Below are positions 57,559 through 64,000 of a stretch of DNA of 64,000 nt, piece by piece (position 1 is the stretch's first letter; the number at the start of each line of letters is the position of its first letter). The stretch is taken from assembly GCA_900552385.1 (NCBI GenBank), contig URZI01000008.1, positions 13,640 to 77,639 of the forward strand, in the 5' to 3' direction. The DNA comes from an uncultured Collinsella sp. Its GTDB lineage: Bacteria > Actinomycetota > Coriobacteriia > Coriobacteriales > Coriobacteriaceae. The notes under the pieces were generated by a model. It was not told where the DNA came from. It saw nothing but the letters and a program-made list of their open reading frames with translations, and made no database searches. Both the position numbers and the translations under genes were made by a program.

Positions 57559-58634
57559 TAGAGGTCTCCTCCCTTAAACGGCAAGCCCTGCTCGGCCGCC
57601 CGCAGGATGCGCTCGTCGATCTGGGAACGCACGATATCGTTGGTGGCGACCCAGGCGGCAAAGCTGGCATTGTCGGCGCCGCCCAGGCCCTCCTGCAGTA
57701 CCGGCGTCGCCTCGGACAGCGCAAGGACAAGCTCGTCGGTGGAGCCCACACCCACGTTGACGCGGGCATAGACGCCATCGGGAAACTCGGTTTGGAAATA
57801 GAGCGCCTCGGCTGCGTGTGGGCACGAGCGTGCAAGGATGCGCAAGTAGTGCTCGGCACCTTCGTAGTCCAGCTCGCGCCAGGCAGCGCTCATCAGCGCG
57901 ATGAGCGTCCATGGGTCCAAGTCGCGCTCCGCGTCCTTGGGACGACGGCGTAGCGGCGTGTTGGTGAGATAGGGGACGGAGTGGGCAGAGCGAAAGCGCT
58001 TGAGCTCCTCGGCGGGGTATTCGAGCTTTGCCATGGCAAGCATCGCAGTATGGCGGACGCCGGCGGGGTCGTTGGGCGCAAAGTCCAGGCTGCGGTTTGC
58101 GGCTTCGAGCGACATGCGATAGCGGCCGCTAATGAGGGCGCGCGACGCAAGGGCGGCAAGCCAGCGCAGGTAGGGGCGGCGCATAAGGTCGCCAGCGGCC
58201 TCGCGTTCGTAGGGGTCCTGCGCCGAGGCGATTTTGAGTGCCAGGTCGTGCTCGACTTCATCGCGCTTGGATACCAAGTACTGTACGTACTCCTCGTTGG
58301 AGTTGGCGGTGAGGGCGGTCAGCATGCGCTGGGCATCCCAGTTGGTGGGGTCGAGCGCGGCTGCCTCGCGAAGCATGTTCTCGGCAGCGGCCTCTTCTTG
58401 CTCTGCCTGGGTATCGTCAGGGATAAAGGGAATGCGGTAGTCGACAGCCTCGACCACCTTGGCAATGAGGTGCCCGGCGCGGTCGCGGTCGTGCACGATG
58501 AGCGGCGCGGGGTTGCGGGTGAATTGTTCCATCAGACGCTCTACGGCGGCACCGTCGGTGAGCGGGATATTGTCGCGGCGCAAGGCCTCAAGAACGAGGC
58601 GATGGCAATCCTCTTGAATGGGATCGAATGCCAT
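57558..58634 (-). CDS. Hypothetical TPR-like protein
   Basis: RBS aaaggagg; A..LDP.N.DA helical pattern. Confidence 0.75.
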   Translation of the reverse strand: MAFDPIQEDCHRLVLEALRRDNIPLTDGAAVERLMEQFTRNPAPLIVHDRDRAGHLIAKVVEAVDYRIPFIPDDTQAEQEEAAAENMLREAAALDPTNWDAQRMLTALTANSNEEYVQYLVSKRDEVEHDLALKIASAQDPYEREAAGDLMRRPYLRWLAALASRALISGRYRMSLEAANRSLDFAPNDPAGVRHTAMLAMAKLEYPAEELKRFRSAHSVPYLTNTPLRRRPKDAERDLDPWTLIALMSAAWRELDYEGAEHYLRILARSCPHAAEALYFQTEFPDGVYARVNVGVGSTDELVLALSEATPVLQEGLGGADNASFAAWVATNDIVRSQIDERILRAAEQGLPFKGGDL

Positions 58635-59134
58635 GGGGCCTCCTTTGCTGCGGTTAGGGTTCAAATGTCTCTATATAAGGTTCTAGTTTACCCGCATGTG
58701 GCACACCGGGAGTGCCGCACTTGGACATGCACCTTTGCACCACGAAGACGGATGTCGCACAAATGTCGGCACCTTGGACGACTGAGTGGTATCACGGTGC
58801 CGCAAACGGTCGATTTTTGGCGGCGAACGGGGCGCATTTTGGAGGGACACAGTCCTGCCCGGGATATGTGGTCAACCTTGATAAAACGTTTGCCCAGCTT
58901 GGGAGTATGAATGCCCCACTAGGGTCTTCAGGGATAGAAAAAACGTTTCATCATTGTCGGCTTTAGGTGAATAACTGACCAACCAGAACGGTAGAATAGT
59001 GTTTGTCTGAGCGTTGAGACGTTTAGACATTGCGCATTGTCATCGCCGGCAACGCGCAAAACGGTCCTAACGGAGCCAATCGGGTGCTCCGTTATATACG
59101 CAAGTCTAAGAGGGGCTTGTTTAGGAGGCACAGT

Positions 59135-60358
59135 ATGGGACGTTTTACCAATCCTCGCGATCTGTACTTTGGTGAGGGCGCTCGCCACGAGGTAAAGAAC
59201 CTCAAGGGCAAGAAGGCCATCATCGTTTCTGGCGGCAGCTCTATGCGCCGCGGCGGGTTCCTGCAGGACGTTGAGGCCGACCTCAAAGAGGGCGGCTTCG
59301 AGGTCAAGCTGTTCGAGGGCGTCGAGTCCGATCCCTCCATCGAGACCGTCATGAAGGGCGCCGAGGCCATGCGCGAGTTCGAGCCCGACTGGATTATCGC
59401 CATCGGCGGCGGTTCGCCCATCGATGCCGCTAAGGCCATGTGGGTCTTCTACGAGTATCCCGAGGAGTCCTTCGACAACATTATCCAGCCGTTCAGCTTC
59501 CCCGAGCTGCGTCAGAAGGCTCACTTCTGCGCCATTTCCTCTACCTCCGGCACCGCTACCGAGGTCACTGCCTTCTCCGTCATCACCGACTACGCCAAGG
59601 GCATCAAGTACCCGCTGGCCGACTTCAACATCACCCCTGATGTCGCCATCGTCGACCCCGAGCTCACCTACACCATGCCTGCCAAGCTGTGCGCTCACAC
59701 CGGCATGGATGCTCTGACCCACTGCATGGAGGCCTACGTTTCCACCTGTGCCTCTATGTTCACCGACGCCAACGCTCTGCACGGCATCCGCGAGATCGTC
59801 GAGTGGCTGCCCAAGTCCTATGCTGGCGACCATGAGGCCCGTCAGCACATGCACGAGGCTCAGTGCATCGCCGGTATCGCCTTCTCCTCGGGCCTGCTCG
59901 GCATCGTTCACTCCATGGCTCACAAGACCGGTGCTGCCTTCGAGAACGGTCACATCATCCACGGTGCTGCTAACGCCATGTACCTGGGCAAGGTCATCCA
60001 GTGGAACTCTAAGGACCCGCGTGCTGCCGAGCGTTACGCTTATGTGGCCAAGGAGATCCTGCACCTTCCCGGCGAGACCAACGAGGAGCTCATCGCCGCG
60101 CTCGTCCAGAAGATTCGCGACCTCAACGACCAGCTCAACATTCCGCAGTCCATCAAGGATTACGCGAATGGTGGCGTGAAGGTCGACGCCGAGAACCCGC
60201 AGATGGTTTCCGAGGAGGAGTTCCTCGCGAAGCTCCCCGAGATCGCCGCGAACGCCGAGCAGGACGCCTGCACGCCCGAGAACCCGCGTGAGACCAAGGC
60301 TGCCGACTTCGAGAAGATCCTCAAGGCCTGCTACTACGACACCGACATCGATTTCTAG
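59135..60358 (+). CDS. Iron-containing alcohol dehydrogenase (butanol dehydrogenase-like)
   Basis: GGGSPID, TSGTATE, DALTH, HSMAH, HG. Confidence 0.92.
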   Translation: MGRFTNPRDLYFGEGARHEVKNLKGKKAIIVSGGSSMRRGGFLQDVEADLKEGGFEVKLFEGVESDPSIETVMKGAEAMREFEPDWIIAIGGGSPIDAAKAMWVFYEYPEESFDNIIQPFSFPELRQKAHFCAISSTSGTATEVTAFSVITDYAKGIKYPLADFNITPDVAIVDPELTYTMPAKLCAHTGMDALTHCMEAYVSTCASMFTDANALHGIREIVEWLPKSYAGDHEARQHMHEAQCIAGIAFSSGLLGIVHSMAHKTGAAFENGHIIHGAANAMYLGKVIQWNSKDPRAAERYAYVAKEILHLPGETNEELIAALVQKIRDLNDQLNIPQSIKDYANGGVKVDAENPQMVSEEEFLAKLPEIAANAEQDACTPENPRETKAADFEKILKACYYDTDIDF

Positions 60359-60378
60359 TCGACTCTTGTTATCGTAAT

Positions 60379-60419
60379 GAGGGGCTCCGCACGTATCCGT
60401 ACGGAGCCCCTTTCTTTTT
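60379..60419 (+). terminator. Terminator
   Basis: aggggctccg...cggagcccct followed by ttctttt. Confidence 0.75.
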
Positions 60420-60442
60420 AATTATTAGAGAATGGGATAAAA

Positions 60443-61543
60443 ATGGCTGCAATCTTCAATAGCCCCAGCAAGTACATCCAGGGCCCGGACGAGCTCGCCA
60501 AGCTCGGCTCCTATGTCGAGCCGCTCGGCGCTAAGGCCCTCGTCATCGTGACGCCTTCGGGCAAGAAGCGCGTCGGTGCCAAGATCGAGGCCGGTTTTGC
60601 CGAGGCTAAGGCCGAGTTGCTGTTTGAGGACTTTAACGGCGAGTGCTCCAAGGGCGAGGTCGATCGCCTGGTTGCGCTCGCCCGCGACAACGGTTGCGAC
60701 ATCATCGTCGGCGTCGGTGGCGGCAAGATCCTCGACACCGCCAAGGCCGTCGCCTATTACCTGGAGTCCCCGGTTATCATTTGCCCCACCATTGCTTCGA
60801 CCGATGCCCCGTGTTCGGCGCTTTCGGTGCTCTACACCGACGACGGCCAGTTCGATAAATATCTCTTCCTTAAGGCAAACCCCAACATTGTCCTGATGGA
60901 TACGACGGTTATCGCGGCGAGCCCGGTGCGCCTGACGGTTTCCGGTATGGGCGATGCGCTCGCAACCTACTTTGAGGCCCAGGCGACGCATGATGCCGAC
61001 GGCGGCACCTGCGCTGGCGGCAAGGGCGGCATGGCTGGTCTGGCACTTGCCAAGCTCTGCTACGAGACGCTTATGGCTGATGGCGTCAAGGCCAAGGTCG
61101 CGCTGGAGAAGGGTGCGCTGACGCCTGCCGTCGAGCATATCATCGAGGCCAATACGCTGCTTTCGGGCATTGGCTTTGAGAGCTCGGGCCTTGCTGCTGC
61201 TCATGCCATCCACAATGGCCTGACGATGCTGCCCGAGTGCCATGGCATGTATCACGGCGAGAAGGTCGCCTTTGGCACTATCGTCCAGCTGGTACTCGAG
61301 GATGCCCCGACTGAGAAGCTCGAGGAAGTCTTGGGCTTCTGCATTGAGCTGGGCCTGCCGGTCACGATGAAGGAACTTGGCGTTGCCGAGCTTACGCGCG
61401 AGCAGGCCATGATTGTTGCCGAGGTCGCCTGCGCGCCCGAGGACACCATGTGCAACATGCCGTTTGAGGTGACGCCTGAGATGGTCGCCAATGCCATCCT
61501 GGGTGCCGACGCACTGGGTCACTACTACCTTATGGATGAGTAA
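60443..61543 (+). CDS. gldA: Glycerol dehydrogenase
   Basis: SPSKYIQG, GGGKILD, PTIASTDAPCS, AAAHAIHNG, HGEKVAFG. Confidence 0.9.
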   Translation: MAAIFNSPSKYIQGPDELAKLGSYVEPLGAKALVIVTPSGKKRVGAKIEAGFAEAKAELLFEDFNGECSKGEVDRLVALARDNGCDIIVGVGGGKILDTAKAVAYYLESPVIICPTIASTDAPCSALSVLYTDDGQFDKYLFLKANPNIVLMDTTVIAASPVRLTVSGMGDALATYFEAQATHDADGGTCAGGKGGMAGLALAKLCYETLMADGVKAKVALEKGALTPAVEHIIEANTLLSGIGFESSGLAAAHAIHNGLTMLPECHGMYHGEKVAFGTIVQLVLEDAPTEKLEEVLGFCIELGLPVTMKELGVAELTREQAMIVAEVACAPEDTMCNMPFEVTPEMVANAILGADALGHYYLMDE

Positions 61544-61555
61544 ACTAAGGTAAGG

Positions 61556-61591
61556 AAGGGGCAAAGCCGACAGATGGCTTTGCCCCTTTTT
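61556..61591 (+). terminator. Terminator
   Basis: aaggggcaaagcc...ggctttgcccctttt. Confidence 0.75.
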
Positions 61592-61656
61592 GCTATGGTG
61601 CAAAGGGGTCAGGTTACTTTGCACCAATTGTTGTTGATGAAAGGGCGGATTCTCGT

Positions 61657-62724
61657 ATGGCGCTTCCCATGGTTTATGGCGGTCCCGGCCGGTATGTTCA
61701 GGGGCCGGATGAGCTCTCGCGTCAGGGCAGGTATTTGTCATGGTTGGGCTGCGCTGCCTATGTCTTGTTTGACCAGGGCACCGAGGATCGGCTGTGCAGG
61801 CAGATCGTCGATGGATTTCTGGACGAAGATTTAAGCGAGCCGTTCTTTAAGATTTATGACGGTCCGTGCACGGAAGAGGCCGTTGTCGAAATGGCCAAGG
61901 AAGCCCGGGCCGAGTTTTGTGACATGGTGGTGGGCATTGGCGGCGGCAAGATGCTCGATATCGCCAAGGCCGTTGCGTATTATGCCGAGTTGCCGTTATG
62001 CGTATGCCCCACGGCGGCTTCGATGGACGGTCCGTGCAGCGCGATTTCGGTGCTGTATCACGAGGATGGGTCGTTCGACCGCTACCTGATGCTCGAGAAG
62101 AATCCAGACCTGGTCGTGGTCGATACCAACGTGGTCGCGGCGGCCCCACTGCGTATGACGGTCGCTGGTATGGGTGATGCACTGGCAACGTACTTCGAGG
62201 CGCGTTCGTGCATCGCAGCGCACGGCACTAACGAGCACGGTGGTGCACCGGGACACTTGGCCTTGGTTACGGCTCGCGCCTGCTATGACACACTCATGGA
62301 GTGCGGCGTCGCTGCCAAGCGCGATCTTAAAAAGGGCCGTATATCGCCGGCGGTTGAGCGCCTGATCGAATGCAATATTCTGCTCTCGGGTGTTGGCTTT
62401 GAGAGCGGCGGCTTGGCGTTGGCGCATGCCATCGCCAACGGTCTGACGATTCTGCCCGAGTGCAAGGGCATGCATGGCGAGGCCGTGGCATTTGGCCTGG
62501 TGGTGCAGCTGCGCCTGGAGCGTGCGCCCGAGCTTGATCAGGTGCTCGAGTTTTGCCAGCGCGTTGGTCTGCCGACGACGCTCGAGGAGCTGGGCCTTGG
62601 CGAGATTTCCGATGCCGATCTGCAGAGTGTTGCAAATGCGGTCTTTAGAAATGAGCGTAATATGGCCAACGAGCAGGCCAAGGTGACCAAACAAAAGCTC
62701 GTGCAGCTCATGTGCGAGGCATAG
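61657..62724 (+). CDS. Glycerol dehydrogenase-like paralog
   Basis: RYVQG, GGGKMLD, GMGDALAT, AHAIANG, HGEAVAFG. Confidence 0.85.
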   Translation: MALPMVYGGPGRYVQGPDELSRQGRYLSWLGCAAYVLFDQGTEDRLCRQIVDGFLDEDLSEPFFKIYDGPCTEEAVVEMAKEARAEFCDMVVGIGGGKMLDIAKAVAYYAELPLCVCPTAASMDGPCSAISVLYHEDGSFDRYLMLEKNPDLVVVDTNVVAAAPLRMTVAGMGDALATYFEARSCIAAHGTNEHGGAPGHLALVTARACYDTLMECGVAAKRDLKKGRISPAVERLIECNILLSGVGFESGGLALAHAIANGLTILPECKGMHGEAVAFGLVVQLRLERAPELDQVLEFCQRVGLPTTLEELGLGEISDADLQSVANAVFRNERNMANEQAKVTKQKLVQLMCEA

Positions 62725-62875
62725 CTTGGCGCTTGATTGACCTTGTGCAATCGAGGCGGCGATAGGCCATGGGCTATTTGCCGCAAAGATGCTCCGCGTG
62801 TAATTTGCCCGAGGCGTGGGCCGATAGCGTATCATTATCTCTTGCTTGTTTGCACTGCTCAGGGAGGGGCCGCGC

Positions 62876-64000
62876 ATGGCGCAGGAACACGATCTGTTTG
62901 ATGACATTATCGAGATCAGCAAGGGTTTCGACTTTCTTAAAAATCCGCTCGGCGGCGTGACCGATGCACTCGATCCGTCGGCGCCGCAGTGGAATCCTGC
63001 CGACTACAAGGAGCGCCCGCGCGGCAACACCATCCCGTGCCTGACCTGCAAAAACGAAAAGAGCGGCTGCACCGTGTGCATGGACGTGTGCCCGGTCAAC
63101 GCTATCGAGGTCGAGGAAGACGCCATCGAGATCCTCGACTCCTGTCGCAAGTGCGGCCTGTGCGCCGCTACTTGCCCGACGGAGGCGATCATCTCTCCGC
63201 GCCTTGCACCCAAAAACGTCTACGACGACATTGTCTCGGCGGCTACGAGCCACGAGACCGCCTACGTTACCTGCACGCGTGCCCTTAAGCGCATGCCGCG
63301 CGAAAACGAAGTCGTCGTTGCCTGCGTGGGCGATATTACGGCAGAGACCTGGTTCTCGGTACTGGCCGACTATCCCAACGTGAGTGTGTACCTGCCGTTG
63401 GGCGTGTGCGATAAATGCCGCAACACCGGCGGTGAGGACATTCTGGGCGAGGCGATTGCGAAGGCCGAGGAGTGGTCCGGCACGGGTATGGGCCTGGAGG
63501 TCGACCCCAAGAGCCTCAAATGCCATAAGCGCCGCGAGTACGAGCGCAAGGAGTACATGGAAAAGATCGCCCGCACCACGGGCCTGACGGTGACCAAGCT
63601 CAATCCGGCGACTGCGGCACTGGCCTCGGTGACGCAGAAGCTGAAGGCCCACCGTCACCAGATCACGCAGCTTGAGCGCACGCTCAACACCATGTGCGGT
63701 ACCACGACGACCAAGCGCCGCCGTTCGCTCACGCATGGGCGGCAGCTGGTGCTCTCGACATTGCAAAACCACCCCGAGCTTGCCCAGAACATGCAGGTGA
63801 GCACGCCGGAGTGTGATTTTGACAAGTGCACGTCGTGTGGTGAGTGCGTCAATGTATGCCCCACGTTCGCCTGCGATTTGGTGGGAAGCGGTCGCTTTGC
63901 GTTGGAGTCCACGTATTGTTTGGGCTGCGGTGCCTGTGCCAAAGTGTGTCCCGAACACGCGCTCAAACTTGTTGAGCACGATGCGTCCAACTTGGTCGTT
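62876..64000 (+). CDS. 4Fe-4S dicluster protein, 3'-truncated by window edge; not in ORF track
   Basis: MAQEHDLF...CTVCMDVCP, CRKCGLCAATCP, CTSCGECVNVCP, CLGCGACAKVCP. Confidence 0.85.
   Translation, partial: MAQEHDLFDDIIEISKGFDFLKNPLGGVTDALDPSAPQWNPADYKERPRGNTIPCLTCKNEKSGCTVCMDVCPVNAIEVEEDAIEILDSCRKCGLCAATCPTEAIISPRLAPKNVYDDIVSAATSHETAYVTCTRALKRMPRENEVVVACVGDITAETWFSVLADYPNVSVYLPLGVCDKCRNTGGEDILGEAIAKAEEWSGTGMGLEVDPKSLKCHKRREYERKEYMEKIARTTGLTVTKLNPATAALASVTQKLKAHRHQITQLERTLNTMCGTTTTKRRRSLTHGRQLVLSTLQNHPELAQNMQVSTPECDFDKCTSCGECVNVCPTFACDLVGSGRFALESTYCLGCGACAKVCPEHALKLVEHDASNLVV

Overview
High-GC actinobacterial (Coriobacteriia, probably Collinsella-like; inferred) chromosomal window. Positions 1 to ~31,400 are most of a temperate HK97-type siphovirus prophage. 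It runs from a large serine integrase (cut by the left window edge) through a CI/Cro switch, replication genes, a second tyrosine recombinase with a phage-encoded actinobacterial IHF, SSB, dUTPase, HNH/terminase/portal/capsid/tail genes and a lysis cassette, to a small right-end moron. It ends at a tRNA-like 3' end (ggctccacca) that looks like attR. The tail region holds the remains of a diversity-generating retroelement. The target gene with its variable region and downstream hairpins is intact, but the first 21 nt of the template repeat are fused directly to the C-terminal part of the reverse transcriptase, so the DGR appears switched off by a deletion. The rest is host backbone: patatin, rplM-rpsI, glmM, PTS IIA, nagB, a BTAD regulator, a methionine-synthesis cluster interrupted by a Dcm plus DUF4928-like cassette, GS type III, tRNA-Glu, a MurT-GatD fusion and three Fe-alcohol/glycerol dehydrogenases. 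Several unexplained palindromic repeat elements are also present. All product calls come from motif recognition by eye; no searches were run.
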